From: an uncultured Alphaproteobacteria bacterium
GTDB taxonomy: Bacteria > Pseudomonadota > Alphaproteobacteria > RF32 > CAG-239
Direction of reading: 5' to 3'
NCBI GenBank assembly: GCA_944393225.1
Contig: CALXZK010000009.1
Coordinates: 2,104 to 66,103, forward strand
DNA: 64,000 bases
Shown: positions 25,840 to 36,396 of the stretch, one piece after another
Numbering within the stretch: position 1 is the stretch's first letter
How the letters are laid out: each line of letters starts with the position of its first letter
The notes under the pieces: model-generated
The model's input: only the letters and a program-made list of their open reading frames with translations
Told to the model about the DNA's origin: nothing
The model's database searches: none
Position numbers and translations under genes: made by a program

Positions 25840-26751
25840 TTATAATTCTTGTAACAAGTCTTTGTAATAGTTTAGTACTGCACGGTTTTTAGGAATATCT
25901 TTGCTGCCCTGATGCGTTATCAGATGCAAAGAAATGTTGCTTTGGCACGGCAAATGCTCTAAATGGAACATTCCTTCTTGTTTGAAACGCAACGGCATGA
26001 TGCCTATTCCCAAACCGCTTTTCAAAACTTCATACATATAATAACTAACATTTGTTGCAAAATTATTACTTTTTGCTTTTTTTAAGACATCTTCCCAACC
26101 TTCAATATATTTTTCATAGCCGATTTTATTGATGATTTGGTGATTGGAAATTAAATCTTGCATATCTTGCGGACAACCATATTTGGAAATGTATTGCGGT
26201 GCGGCAAAAAAGCCGAATTCCACTTTTTTTGAACAGATTATCACAGAATCGGAATCTGTTGGCAAACTTAAAGAAAGGGCTATATCGACATCAGAAAACG
26301 GAATTGTTTTTTGCCCATCTTCATTACGAATCAGGTGCAATAATTTGATTTGCGGATATTGTTCATGAAAAGAAACCAAATCTTTGCTGAAAAGAGCCGA
26401 TGCCGCAATTGATGATATGGCTACGCGCACTTCCCCCGCAATTTCCTTGCCATCTTCGGCATTGCTTTTGACATCGTCCAAAAGACTTTCGATTATGGCT
26501 GATTTTTTTAATAACTCTTTACCGCGTGGGGTTAAAAAAGAGCCACGAACATTGCTGGAAAGAACTTTGTATCCAAGCTCTTGCTCTAAATTGTCGATGT
26601 ATTTATTTAAAGTATCTATCGAAACGCCGAATTTTTGCGCGGCTTGCTTTTTGCCTGAGTATTTTTCAATGATTTGTAAATAGCATATGGCTTGTAATAA
26701 ATTGATGTCTTTGATATTCAATTTTGCCTCCGCCTTTTTTATTAGCCACAA
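25840..26751 (-). CDS. LysR-family transcriptional regulator, 303 aa
   Basis: N-terminal HTH (GKKQAAQKFGVSIDTLNKYIDNLEQELGYKVL) plus a substrate-binding-domain length C-terminus. Confidence 0.8.
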   Translation of the reverse strand: MWLIKKAEAKLNIKDINLLQAICYLQIIEKYSGKKQAAQKFGVSIDTLNKYIDNLEQELGYKVLSSNVRGSFLTPRGKELLKKSAIIESLLDDVKSNAEDGKEIAGEVRVAISSIAASALFSKDLVSFHEQYPQIKLLHLIRNEDGQKTIPFSDVDIALSLSLPTDSDSVIICSKKVEFGFFAAPQYISKYGCPQDMQDLISNHQIINKIGYEKYIEGWEDVLKKAKSNNFATNVSYYMYEVLKSGLGIGIMPLRFKQEGMFHLEHLPCQSNISLHLITHQGSKDIPKNRAVLNYYKDLLQEL

Positions 26752-26818
26752 AAAAGTTTACATGGAAGCTTATAATGATTACCAATAATTGTAAAGGATT
26801 ATTCTTTTTTACAAAAAA

Positions 26819-27709
26819 TCAATCACCGTAATAAGCACCTTTGGTGTTTTTTAAAATCATGGAAATGTTAGCTTGGTTATTTTTCTGCGATGAACGTGCT
26901 TCTTTTGCTTCTCTTTCCTCGGAAAAATCTTTGGCATATTTGTAGGTCTTGCTAATTTTCTTATCTAAATACCTTTCATCAGCCTTGGTTCCATCTTTTT
27001 CATATTGCTCTGATAAATGTGCTATACGTTTGGTTTCTTTTGCCAATTCTGCCATTTTCTTATAACTCTTCAGCATATCTTTGCCATGTTCGCGAGATAT
27101 TTTTTTGATGTCTTTTAAATCTTTCTTTTCTATATTTTTATCCTGTGCCGTTACCAATTTATCTACGATTTCAGACATTTTGTCTGACATATCAAGTACA
27201 CCTTCCATCGCAGGCAACATGTTTTCGTGCATTACTTGAGACATCTCCAACTCTATGGCACTCAGGGCTAAATCTAATTTAACATCATACTCCAATTCTT
27301 GTTTGCCATAGCCTTCATCTTCACATTCTCCCATAAAGTCGACGCATATATCATAATGCATATCTTCATCAATATTTTTAATCTCATTATAATCGACTTC
27401 GACATCTTCTTGTGCTTGCTTGGGCATATTAAGCGTCGGCAAAGATGTATCCATTTCCGCTACAGGAATTGAGCTTGCTCGTTCTGCAACGGGTAACGGC
27501 ATGGCAATGGTATCTGCCGGAATCTCTTCTGATAAAATGTTTTGAGAATTTTGTTCTGAACTTAAATTTTGGGTTACAGGTTCAATTTTTTTATCAACTT
27601 CCGGTCCCTGCATGACTTTTCCGTCGCCTGATTCAAGGGCAACCGTGGTCAGACCTGCGGCTAAAACACCTCTCAGCATTTTTATTTTATTCAAAACTTT
27701 TTTTTCCAT
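26819..27709 (-). CDS. acidic secreted hypothetical protein, 296 aa
   Basis: Signal-like MLRGVLAAGLTTVAL. E/D/K-rich. Confidence 0.45.
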   Translation of the reverse strand: MEKKVLNKIKMLRGVLAAGLTTVALESGDGKVMQGPEVDKKIEPVTQNLSSEQNSQNILSEEIPADTIAMPLPVAERASSIPVAEMDTSLPTLNMPKQAQEDVEVDYNEIKNIDEDMHYDICVDFMGECEDEGYGKQELEYDVKLDLALSAIELEMSQVMHENMLPAMEGVLDMSDKMSEIVDKLVTAQDKNIEKKDLKDIKKISREHGKDMLKSYKKMAELAKETKRIAHLSEQYEKDGTKADERYLDKKISKTYKYAKDFSEEREAKEARSSQKNNQANISMILKNTKGAYYGD

Positions 27710-27840
27710 TTTTTTACACCATGGTCTGTTTTTTGTTTTAGTTTAGCATAATTTATTGCTTATCGCCATATTTTTATTTGCAAGAGTAGTTTTCTGTATT
27801 ACTAATAAAGCAAATAATATTTTGAGAGAAAGGATTTAAT

Positions 27841-28509
27841 ATGACAAAAATTACTTGGAAACCGGGAACTTTGTTAGCTCCTGTTCCGCCGGCACTTATC
27901 TCTTGCGGTACTCTTGAAAAACCTAATGTTATGACCGCAGCCTGGACCGGTATTATTGCCTCAGATCCGGCCATGACTTATGTTTCCATTCGTCCGTCAA
28001 GATACTCTCATCAGCTCATTAAAGAAAGCGGCGAATTTGTTATTAACCTCACACATTTGCCGTTAGTCAAAGCTGCTGACTGGTGCGGGGTAAAATCGGG
28101 CAAAAATGTTGATAAATTTAAGGAAATGGGCTTAACCGCAGCGCCTTGTTCCAAAATTAAAGCTCCGCAAATTGAAGAAGCGCCCGTTTCTCTTGAATGC
28201 AAAGTGAAGAGTGTGACCAATTACGGCACACACGATATGTTTTTGGCTGAAATTGTTGCCGTTGATGTTGATGATAAATACATTGATGAAGATGGCAAAC
28301 TTTGGCTCGAAAAAGCCGGTTTGATTGCTTACGTTCACGGTTTTTATTATACACTCGGTCGCAAAATCGGCAAATTTGGATTTTCGGTGGAAAAAAATCC
28401 GAAAAAAGTGAAAGAAAAAGATTTTCAACCGAAAGAAAAAATTGCAAAAAATAAAACAATTGCTCCGCAAAAAAAGAAAAATTTAAGCAAGCGAAAAAAA
28501 GCTTATTAA
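27841..28509 (+). CDS. flavin reductase-like (FMN-binding split-barrel) protein with a ~45-aa Lys-rich tail, 222 aa
   Basis: PPALISCGTLEKPNVMTAAWTGIIASDP and following residues are typical of Flavin_Reduct. The tail reads KKVKEKDFQPKEKIAKNKTIAPQKKKNLSKRKKAY. Confidence 0.75.
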   Translation: MTKITWKPGTLLAPVPPALISCGTLEKPNVMTAAWTGIIASDPAMTYVSIRPSRYSHQLIKESGEFVINLTHLPLVKAADWCGVKSGKNVDKFKEMGLTAAPCSKIKAPQIEEAPVSLECKVKSVTNYGTHDMFLAEIVAVDVDDKYIDEDGKLWLEKAGLIAYVHGFYYTLGRKIGKFGFSVEKNPKKVKEKDFQPKEKIAKNKTIAPQKKKNLSKRKKAY

Positions 28510-28519
28510 ACATATTGCA

Positions 28520-28552
28520 AAGCCGCAGATTGCTAAGATTTGCGGCTTTTTT
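28520..28552 (+). terminator. rho-independent terminator
   Basis: AAGCCGCA...TGCGGCTT stem followed by TTTT. Confidence 0.75.
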
Positions 28553-28713
28553 ATGCTCGATTCCATATGGATTCTATAAATTTTAGTCAATTTTGCGACA
28601 AAAAATATTTTCAATTGGATATTTTTTTATTTTTTAAGCTCGATTCTTTTCTTTGTTTTTCCTCTTCAAAGGAGCAGATTCCCTTGTTATATAAAATGTT
28701 GTAGACTTAAAAC

Positions 28714-28742
28714 TTGACAAAATTTTAAAAATTTATTAATAT
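28714..28742 (+). promoter_or_regulatory. near-consensus sigma70 promoter
   Basis: TTGACA (28714-28719), 17 nt, TAATAT (28737-28742), 37 nt upstream of ORF 28779. Confidence 0.55.
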
Positions 28743-28778
28743 GAGGTGCGTAATGCAGCGAACTTGGGAGTTTGATAA

Positions 28779-29396
28779 ATGCTGAATTTTGATGACACTA
28801 GAACCAAAGAATTTGAAAAATTATTTTCTCAAAAAGATATTATCGGTTTGGAAAATTTTATTGAAAAGAACCTTGAATACAAAAAAATATATGACCTATT
28901 CAAAGGTCGTTTCTACTTCGACACCAAAGATATTTTCACCTTCAAGATATCACCTTCTCACAAAACAGCCGCCCTTATCTCTCTTCTTGACGAAAAACCA
29001 AAATCTTCTTCCTTCTTCTCCACCCCCTCTCCTCAATATAATCTCGAAATTTTAATTGCGCGTTTCGGCTCCGACGGAAATTTTCATCGTGCAGAACAAA
29101 TCAGATATGACTATTCCGATAACATGAATTTTATTGATTTGGAAGATGATGCCGTTTTGCTTTCTAAAAATGACAATCCACAACAAATTATCAGACGTTT
29201 TCTTCGCTCTGCCAATGAAATGAAATCTATTCCTAAAATGGAGTTGTTAGCAAGAGAAGAACTTGAGCTCAAAAAACAACAACTCATTATTATTCGCGAT
29301 GAATATAAAAACAGAATGGCCGGAAAACCCAAAGAAAGACAACCTTTGCGCCCAAACTTTTTGGCTATGGAAAATCAATACAAGCGCAGTGTTTAA
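28779..29396 (+). CDS. hypothetical protein, 205 aa
   Basis: ORF with GGGAG RBS. No motif recognised. Confidence 0.5.
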   Translation: MLNFDDTRTKEFEKLFSQKDIIGLENFIEKNLEYKKIYDLFKGRFYFDTKDIFTFKISPSHKTAALISLLDEKPKSSSFFSTPSPQYNLEILIARFGSDGNFHRAEQIRYDYSDNMNFIDLEDDAVLLSKNDNPQQIIRRFLRSANEMKSIPKMELLAREELELKKQQLIIIRDEYKNRMAGKPKERQPLRPNFLAMENQYKRSV

Positions 29397-29440
29397 TAAT
29401 ATAAGAAAGGCGGAGAAAACTCCACCTTTCTTATTACTTT

Positions 29441-31231
29441 TTATTTTCCAAAAACTTTTTTATCAAGTTTTTCAAGCTCATCAATATAACCGGAGATAAG
29501 CTTCAAACCCATGTTCCAGAATTTTGGATCATTGGGGTTCAAACCAAAGGGTTTTAACAACTTGTCATAATCGGTGATGGCTGTTTTTTCCAACATTTGC
29601 AGATATTTCTTCGGAAAATCTTTAACACTGCCGTCTTGGCTGACTTGATACAACGAGTTGACCAAGCAATCCGCAAAAGAATAAGCATAAACATAAAACG
29701 GCAAGAAAAAGAAATGCCCGACTTGCAACCAAATATATGCCGAATTTTCATCAACATTGACATAAGGTCCTAAGACATCTTTTTGAACCTCTACCCAAAT
29801 ATCTGCCAAGCGTTGTTCCGATAACTCACCGGCTTTTCTTTCTTCATGCGCTTTGCTTTCAAAGAAGTGGAAAGCGATTTGACGGAAAGCGGTGTTAATC
29901 ATGTCATTGACTTTGGAGGCGATTAAGCACAATTTGGTTTTGTCATCCTTAATGTTTCTTAACATTGACTGGAAGGTAATCATCTCACCAAAAACAGAAG
30001 CAACTTCTTCTGAGGTCATGCGCGAAGTTTCATTCAAATCACCATTCTTTTGTCTAAGGCGCATATGGCAACCGTGTCCCAACTCATGAGCCAAAGTCAA
30101 AACATCATTTTGTTTGCCGACAAAGTTCAGCAACAAATATGGATGTTTAACGCTACTGGTTCCAGCCGCAAAAGCGCCGCTTCTTTTACCGTCACGCGGC
30201 GGAACATCAATCCAAGCGTTTTCAAAGAAGGGCAAAGCTGTTTCATAGAGTTCGGGAGAAAATTCTTTATAAGCATTCAACACGGTTTGAACGGCTTCAT
30301 CCCAGCTATAATGCAAATCTGCCGAAAAGGGCAAAGGTGCGTTTCTGTCCCAATATTCAATTTTATCAACGCCCAACCATTTGGCTTTTAATTTATAAAA
30401 ACGATGGCTGATGTTTTTATAATTCTCTTTTACCGTGTTGGCTAAAGCATCAACAACTTCATCTGTAACATTTTCGCACAGATTACGCTCAGATACCGGC
30501 TTTTTATATTTTCTTTTGTTATCTTCAATAGATTTATCTTTAATAACCATATTGTAGATAAAGGTAAACAAAGGAGAATTTTCTTTGCTGACGCGATTTA
30601 ATTCTTTGCCGGCTTTTTCTCTGACTTTTGCATCTTTATCCTGCAAAAGCTTAGATATTTCGGCATCGTTATATTCTTTTCCATCAATTGTGAACTTCAA
30701 ACGTGAAGACTGTTCTTCATACAAACGAACCCATGCGGCAGACGAAGTGACGGATTTCTCCAGCAACACTTCTTCTACTTCTTCGCTCAGCTCATGTTTT
30801 TTGAAGCGCAAAACACGTTCAAACCATGGTTTGTAAAAGCTTACTTTTTCATCTTTCAACCATTCTTTGATTTTTTTATCGGAAAGTTGGTTGATTTCCA
30901 AAGAAAAGAAAACCAAGGGTTTGGCATACTCGGTCAAAGCTTCGGCTGTATTTTGATAAAAGGCCATGGCTTCGCCGTTTTTCATTTGCGTGCACATATT
31001 CAAATAAGCAAACTCACCCAAGATGGTGCTCAAGGTATCCAAATGCTCATATTCTTTTAATGCAGCATAAATTTTTTTAGCGTCCATATCAGCCAATTTG
31101 CCTTTATATTTTTTGGCAAAATCGGCAGCTTTTTTCTTATATTCCGCTAAATCTTTTTGAATTTGAGGATCTTTGGTACTTTTGTATAAGTCCGACAAAT
31201 TCCATGCCGGAAGTTCATTTTTTTTGTTCAT
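29441..31231 (-). CDS. pepF: M3B oligoendopeptidase F family metallopeptidase, 596 aa
   Basis: HELGHGCH zinc motif. Family-typical length and flanking sequence. Confidence 0.85.
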   Translation of the reverse strand: MNKKNELPAWNLSDLYKSTKDPQIQKDLAEYKKKAADFAKKYKGKLADMDAKKIYAALKEYEHLDTLSTILGEFAYLNMCTQMKNGEAMAFYQNTAEALTEYAKPLVFFSLEINQLSDKKIKEWLKDEKVSFYKPWFERVLRFKKHELSEEVEEVLLEKSVTSSAAWVRLYEEQSSRLKFTIDGKEYNDAEISKLLQDKDAKVREKAGKELNRVSKENSPLFTFIYNMVIKDKSIEDNKRKYKKPVSERNLCENVTDEVVDALANTVKENYKNISHRFYKLKAKWLGVDKIEYWDRNAPLPFSADLHYSWDEAVQTVLNAYKEFSPELYETALPFFENAWIDVPPRDGKRSGAFAAGTSSVKHPYLLLNFVGKQNDVLTLAHELGHGCHMRLRQKNGDLNETSRMTSEEVASVFGEMITFQSMLRNIKDDKTKLCLIASKVNDMINTAFRQIAFHFFESKAHEERKAGELSEQRLADIWVEVQKDVLGPYVNVDENSAYIWLQVGHFFFLPFYVYAYSFADCLVNSLYQVSQDGSVKDFPKKYLQMLEKTAITDYDKLLKPFGLNPNDPKFWNMGLKLISGYIDELEKLDKKVFGK

Positions 31232-31712
31232 CTTGCTTTTCCTCTTTTGTTGTTTTGCCTTCTTTTATTGTAGCGATGTGTTTATCCAGTTCATCACTCA
31301 TTTTGATTAAATTTTGCATATCTAATTCCGGAGTTATGCCTTTTTCTTTATACTCAGCATAAAATTCATCATCTTCATCTGCAACTTTTAATGTTTCCGG
31401 CTCAAAAATATAATTTGCCCAAGGTGTTGCTTGCTTTCCTTGCCACCAATATTGCCAGCCTTTGCCTATGACTTTTATATTGCACCAGCTGTTTGCCAAA
31501 ACGTGCTTTATGCCACAGCTATATTTATTATCTTTCGGACAGGTCTGCAAATTTTGCACCAAAGTTTCGGTACAAGGAATAAAGCCTCGTTTTTGTATAT
31601 CATAACGCGGTGAAACCAAAATAAGCAAAAAAAGCATAAAACCTGCCAACAAAATAAAACTCATCAGCAAGCCAAACCAATAATATTTTAAGAAAGCGAG
31701 CAGTTTTCTCAT
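31215..31712 (-). CDS. membrane-anchored hypothetical protein, 165 aa
   Basis: N-terminal TM segment. Overlaps both neighbours (4 nt and 17 nt), suggesting an operon. Confidence 0.5.
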   Translation of the reverse strand: MRKLLAFLKYYWFGLLMSFILLAGFMLFLLILVSPRYDIQKRGFIPCTETLVQNLQTCPKDNKYSCGIKHVLANSWCNIKVIGKGWQYWWQGKQATPWANYIFEPETLKVADEDDEFYAEYKEKGITPELDMQNLIKMSDELDKHIATIKEGKTTKEEKQDEQKK

Positions 31713-32449
31713 GCAGATTTCTTTCCGTTTCTTTCCTGCAACAATTGTTCCAACAAAGCCAATTCTTCTCTGGTATTGGCAGCAGATGCCTCATAAACAG
31801 AACATTCTACGGCACTGCATTTCCAACCTTTGGCCAAAGCAATTTTAACGGCATCGGTCAAATAATATTCACCGGCAGCATTGTTGTTATCAATGGCATC
31901 AAGAATTTCAAACATTTTTTCGCCATCAAAGCACATCATGCCTGAATTGCAGAATTTAACGGCTTTTTCTTCATCTGTTGCATCTTTATATTCAACAATA
32001 CGTTCCAACTCACCGTTTTTCATAATCAAGCGACCGTAACGAGCAGCATCTTCAGGACAAAAGCCCAAGCAAACAACGGCATAGCCTTCTCTTCTTTTGT
32101 TCAAAATCTTTTCAATTGTTTCTTTAGTATAAAGCGGTTGATCGCCAAAAATGACCAAAACATCACCCTTAAAGCCTTTTAAGGCTTCTTTAGCGCATTT
32201 AACGGCGTGTCCGGTACCGAGTTGTTGGTCTTGAACACAAGTCTTATACGGTGCAACTTCTTTTTTTACCAAATCGCCATCGGGAGAAACAACGACGACA
32301 ACTTCATCAACCTTTTCGGCTTCCAAAGTGTCTAAGATGTGGCGAATCATCGGTTTGCCGCAAACAGGCATCATGACTTTGGGTAAATCTGATTTCATTC
32401 TGGTACCTTTGCCTGCGCCTAAAATTATGGCTGCTACTTTATTATTCAT
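31709..32449 (-). CDS. GlmU-like UDP-GlcNAc pyrophosphorylase domain only (no LbH acetyltransferase domain), 246 aa
   Basis: AAIILGAGKGTRMKSDLPKVMMPVCGKPMI, QLGTGHAV, NSGMMCF and EYYLTD match the GlmU N-terminal domain. The ORF ends about where the linker would begin. Confidence 0.75.
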   Translation of the reverse strand: MNNKVAAIILGAGKGTRMKSDLPKVMMPVCGKPMIRHILDTLEAEKVDEVVVVVSPDGDLVKKEVAPYKTCVQDQQLGTGHAVKCAKEALKGFKGDVLVIFGDQPLYTKETIEKILNKRREGYAVVCLGFCPEDAARYGRLIMKNGELERIVEYKDATDEEKAVKFCNSGMMCFDGEKMFEILDAIDNNNAAGEYYLTDAVKIALAKGWKCSAVECSVYEASAANTREELALLEQLLQERNGKKSA

Positions 32450-32537
32450 ATGCTTTTCTCCTTTTATAATCTTTTATTAATTAATATCAGTCTATATTAT
32501 CAGAGGTATAATTTTTGTTAATATTGACGAGGCTTTT

Positions 32538-34679
32538 ATGAGAAAACTTTTTCTTGCAATTTGTTTCACTCTTTGTCTTGATCCGGAAGTTGCATTCTCG
32601 GCAATCCGAAGTGTATCTAATTTGGTTGAAGCTCAAAAAGATGCCGGCTCTGAAAACCCTTTACAAAGATCACAAGAATTGATGGAAGAAAAACAATATT
32701 TTCGCAATATGAATCAAGAGCAAATGCGAGAATATCTTAAAGATCGCTTGTTCCACGTTGTGACCACCGAATTGGAAAAAACTGACGGTCTTGGCGGCGA
32801 TGGCGCAATCAGTGTGCAAAAATCTGCTTTGCAAGAAGAAATTGAAGCTCAAAATAAGAAAAGTATTTTTGAAAAAATTTACGATAAGGCGATGAACAAC
32901 CTTATTAATATTACAGAGCCCAGACCCGCGGCAAAAATTTATACCGATGACAGCAATATGCGTCCGCAAGCTGCCGAAGAAGCCGAAAGAATGCAAATGC
33001 AACAAGCTGCTTTGCGGCAAGCTTGGCTCAATAGTAACGTTGAAATGATTGATGTGGAATTACCTCCCTTTAATCAAAAAACTCTCGTTCCGGCACAAGA
33101 GCATATTCCATATCTCTTTTCCAGAATTGAACTTTTGCCCGACGGTTTGGTAAAAATTACCGACACCATTACCGTGGTTGCCAACGGAGAAAAACTTAAA
33201 GACAGCATTCAACGTGCTTTTCCAAAATTTGTTTTTGACCGAGAAGGTAACCGACAAAAAGTTGACTTCAACCTGCTTGGCGTTTCTATCAACGGCAACC
33301 CCGTTGATTATAAACTCACCGACAGAAACAATTATGTGTTTATGGAACCCTCGCAAAAGTTAGAGCTTGTTCCAGGCGTTTATGAATATCAATTTGACTA
33401 TACTATTGATAATCAGATTTTTTCTTATGACGAATTTGATGAATTTTATTGGAATTTGACCGGTAGCGTATGGAATCTCATTATCTCTCGCGCAGGCGCT
33501 GCCATCATTTTGCCACCCAACACAAAAACGCTCGGACAAACCTCGCTCTCCGGTTATAACGGATATTGGCGTGAAGATATGGTTACCATCACACAAGAAC
33601 AAGACAATGTTTTGGGTTTTGTTTCAAAATCGCCTTTGTTTATTGGTCAAGCTATGGAAATGATTGTATCTATTCCCAAAGGCGCCGTTTCTAACATTTC
33701 TTGGAGCAAAAAGTTTTTGCGCCTGATTAATGCATATGGCGATGTTATTTTCTCTGCCTTTGGTTTAGCTGCCATTTTCTTGTCTTATATGGTTTCTTGG
33801 AACTATATTCGAAAAAACAAAAATATGCCGACCAAAGGAATTTATAAAGATGCCGCTTTGGCACGCTATTTGGCCAAAGGTGTTATTGATAAAAAAACTT
33901 TCGGTGCCTTTTTGCTTGATCTTTATCGTAAAAATATCATTGATATTGAAGAAAATGACAACAATATATTGCTGGTTAAGAAAACAGATAATTTGGCTTC
34001 TTTATCAAAAGCTGAGAAAAAAGCCGTTCATTTGTTATTCGGCAGCGAAGAATCTATCTTAAACATTAATTCTTATGCCAAGTTGAAAATGAATAAAGTG
34101 GCTGAGCTTGTTAAAAATGACGTTTCCAAAAAAGTGAAATTACTCAACTTCAAAATCAACATTGGTTATTTGTTGTTTAGTATCGGAATGTTATTATTTA
34201 CGGAAGCCGCAATTTCTTATCTTAACTACGATTTTCTTTATAACTTTGTTTTCTTAACCTTAACTACACTCATGCTGGTCTTTTGCTTGTGGTTGTTCCA
34301 ACAAAAATTTGCTCCGGCATGGAAGAATAAATTAGCGCGAGTTTCTTCGATATTTTTAGCCATGGTTACGGCATTTATTATGCTCGCCATTGTTAATTTG
34401 ACAACAATTATTCTTATCGCCGTTACTTTGCTTGTCATTCAAGAATATAGCAAATTATATGCGCAAAGAGATGGATTGCTTGCTGCTTACGTTACAGAAG
34501 TTCAAAACTATGCGCATTTGCTAAAAAATAAAGTTGAAGCCATCAGTTTGGGAAAAGACTTTGTTAAAAATCAGCCTATCATTTTTGCGTTGGATTGCGA
34601 GGATGAATATAGTGAATCCGAACACAACAAAAATGTATATAAACTCAATGTAATATCCAAACTGCTGGAAAAATTCTAA
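32538..34679 (+). CDS. DUF2207-like membrane protein, 713 aa
   Basis: Signal peptide. YEYQFDYTI...FDEFYWNLTGSVWNLIISRAGAAIILPPN pattern. C-terminal TM cluster. Confidence 0.6.
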   Translation: MRKLFLAICFTLCLDPEVAFSAIRSVSNLVEAQKDAGSENPLQRSQELMEEKQYFRNMNQEQMREYLKDRLFHVVTTELEKTDGLGGDGAISVQKSALQEEIEAQNKKSIFEKIYDKAMNNLINITEPRPAAKIYTDDSNMRPQAAEEAERMQMQQAALRQAWLNSNVEMIDVELPPFNQKTLVPAQEHIPYLFSRIELLPDGLVKITDTITVVANGEKLKDSIQRAFPKFVFDREGNRQKVDFNLLGVSINGNPVDYKLTDRNNYVFMEPSQKLELVPGVYEYQFDYTIDNQIFSYDEFDEFYWNLTGSVWNLIISRAGAAIILPPNTKTLGQTSLSGYNGYWREDMVTITQEQDNVLGFVSKSPLFIGQAMEMIVSIPKGAVSNISWSKKFLRLINAYGDVIFSAFGLAAIFLSYMVSWNYIRKNKNMPTKGIYKDAALARYLAKGVIDKKTFGAFLLDLYRKNIIDIEENDNNILLVKKTDNLASLSKAEKKAVHLLFGSEESILNINSYAKLKMNKVAELVKNDVSKKVKLLNFKINIGYLLFSIGMLLFTEAAISYLNYDFLYNFVFLTLTTLMLVFCLWLFQQKFAPAWKNKLARVSSIFLAMVTAFIMLAIVNLTTIILIAVTLLVIQEYSKLYAQRDGLLAAYVTEVQNYAHLLKNKVEAISLGKDFVKNQPIIFALDCEDEYSESEHNKNVYKLNVISKLLEKF

Positions 34680-34696
34680 GGAAAAAGCCGCTTTTT

Positions 34697-35503
34697 TTAA
34701 GCGGCTTCTTCTTTCTTTCGAGATTGATTGTAAAAATAGATAAAGTACTGATAAATATGTGCCAAAAATGAGGCTTTCAGCGCTTCATTAAACAGACTTA
34801 TCATTACTAACGCAAAGCTGAAAAGAAAATTGATGAGCCAATTTTCGCTACCAACGGCAAAATATAAAGTTGTCATAACTATACTTGCCAAAGTCATTGG
34901 AAGGCTAATAGCTACCGCACCCCAGAATATGGTATTGATATTGCCTTTGGTTAATTTGTATGATGTTTCAAAATCAATTTCTTTATTTTCTAAGGCAATT
35001 GCCGGAAAAACCAATGCATAACGTGACAAAAACATGCCAACAAAAAAGAAACTTATCAGAGAAACAACTAAGCTTACTTGCTTTACACTACCCAAGCCTA
35101 AAGCGTGAAAAATAAGACCAAATAACAAACCAACCATAAAAGATATGATTATTCCGGCAAAAATTAACTTTATCATCGTCCAGATGTATTTAAAGTTTTT
35201 CTTTGCCCAAAACAAATTAAAAAATCGGCTAAATTCCGTACGCTCAATAACATATACAATATAAGATACGGAAATTGAGACGCCGGCAAAAAACATGATT
35301 AAGATATATAAATTTCCGCCTTTTTGAGCCATGCAGTTTTCATCTCCGGCATAGCACAATGAAGGAAAACCTTCCAAAGCATCCGTTCCGGCAATAATCA
35401 ATCCCCATAAAAGGCTGATTTTAAAAAATGTATCAATATGATTGAAGGCAAAATAAAAACTACGTTTAAGAGCTTCTTTCAGCGGCAACTTAATTTCTGG
35501 CAT
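34697..35503 (-). CDS. polytopic membrane protein, 268 aa, paralogue of the upstream gene
   Basis: PEIKLPLKEALKRSFYFAFNHIDTFFKISLLWGLII resembles KKIKLPLFRLMFSPFNQILDNGKIFFALIIPTALII in the neighbour. Confidence 0.55.
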   Translation of the reverse strand: MPEIKLPLKEALKRSFYFAFNHIDTFFKISLLWGLIIAGTDALEGFPSLCYAGDENCMAQKGGNLYILIMFFAGVSISVSYIVYVIERTEFSRFFNLFWAKKNFKYIWTMIKLIFAGIIISFMVGLLFGLIFHALGLGSVKQVSLVVSLISFFFVGMFLSRYALVFPAIALENKEIDFETSYKLTKGNINTIFWGAVAISLPMTLASIVMTTLYFAVGSENWLINFLFSFALVMISLFNEALKASFLAHIYQYFIYFYNQSRKKEEAA

Positions 35504-36394
35504 TTATTCCTCCTTAACCGAAATAATTTCATATTGCAAATTGAGGTTGTTTAAGATGCTGATGTATATAAATGAGGCAAAAATGTCATAAATATATTCA
35601 CTCATCAACATATTATAAAGGCTTATCTGACTGACCAAACCTCTGAAATTGGTATATAAATTGCCAAATATAAACATTCCGAGTGTCAATATGAGTAAAA
35701 AGCTTAAAAAGATTTTGATTGTGTTTCCAGATGTCTTGCGCCATGCTGCTGAAATGCATGGAAGTTTTTCTCCTCTCATAACATAACCCAAAATATAGTA
35801 AAAACGCAATAAGACTATCGGCATAATGAAACCAATTGATACAAAGGCAAAAAACGCCATTTCAATACGCCAATCCGGATTGGGTACACGAACATATAAA
35901 ACCCACCAAGAAAGCATGGGCAACATGTTGAGAACTAAAAAGAGTAAAAGCAAAGCGGCAAATTTTAAGCATCTTTTATCAATTGTAAAAATTGTTTTTT
36001 TGTTAAACTCTACACCGGCAAAAACATAATCATACCATTTAATGCCTAAATAACCCCAAACCAGCATTTTTATCAGACTATGCAACAAATATCCCAACAA
36101 AGAATTAGAACAAAAAAGCTCGGAGCTTGGTGCCGGTGAATAGGCGCATAAATAATTGAAACCAAGTAACGTTGATGCCAGACAAATGATTAACGCAGTT
36201 GGTATGATGAGCGCAAAAAAGATTTTTCCGTTATCTAAAATCTGATTAAACGGAGAAAACATCAATCTAAACAATGGCAACTTAATTTTTTTAGGCATGT
36301 TTTTTTCATCTGCCGGAGCCAGAAAACCGTCTTTTTGAAACAGCGGATTTTTTGAGTATTTTTGTTGTAATTTGGTCAGCAGTTTGTTCAACAT
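35504..36394 (-). CDS. polytopic membrane protein, 296 aa
   Basis: Start moved to ATG 36394 (MLNKLL), 2 nt after the dnaE stop. The track's N-terminal extension overlaps dnaE. Confidence 0.55.
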   Translation of the reverse strand: MLNKLLTKLQQKYSKNPLFQKDGFLAPADEKNMPKKIKLPLFRLMFSPFNQILDNGKIFFALIIPTALIICLASTLLGFNYLCAYSPAPSSELFCSNSLLGYLLHSLIKMLVWGYLGIKWYDYVFAGVEFNKKTIFTIDKRCLKFAALLLLFLVLNMLPMLSWWVLYVRVPNPDWRIEMAFFAFVSIGFIMPIVLLRFYYILGYVMRGEKLPCISAAWRKTSGNTIKIFLSFLLILTLGMFIFGNLYTNFRGLVSQISLYNMLMSEYIYDIFASFIYISILNNLNLQYEIISVKEE

Positions 36395-36396
36395 GG

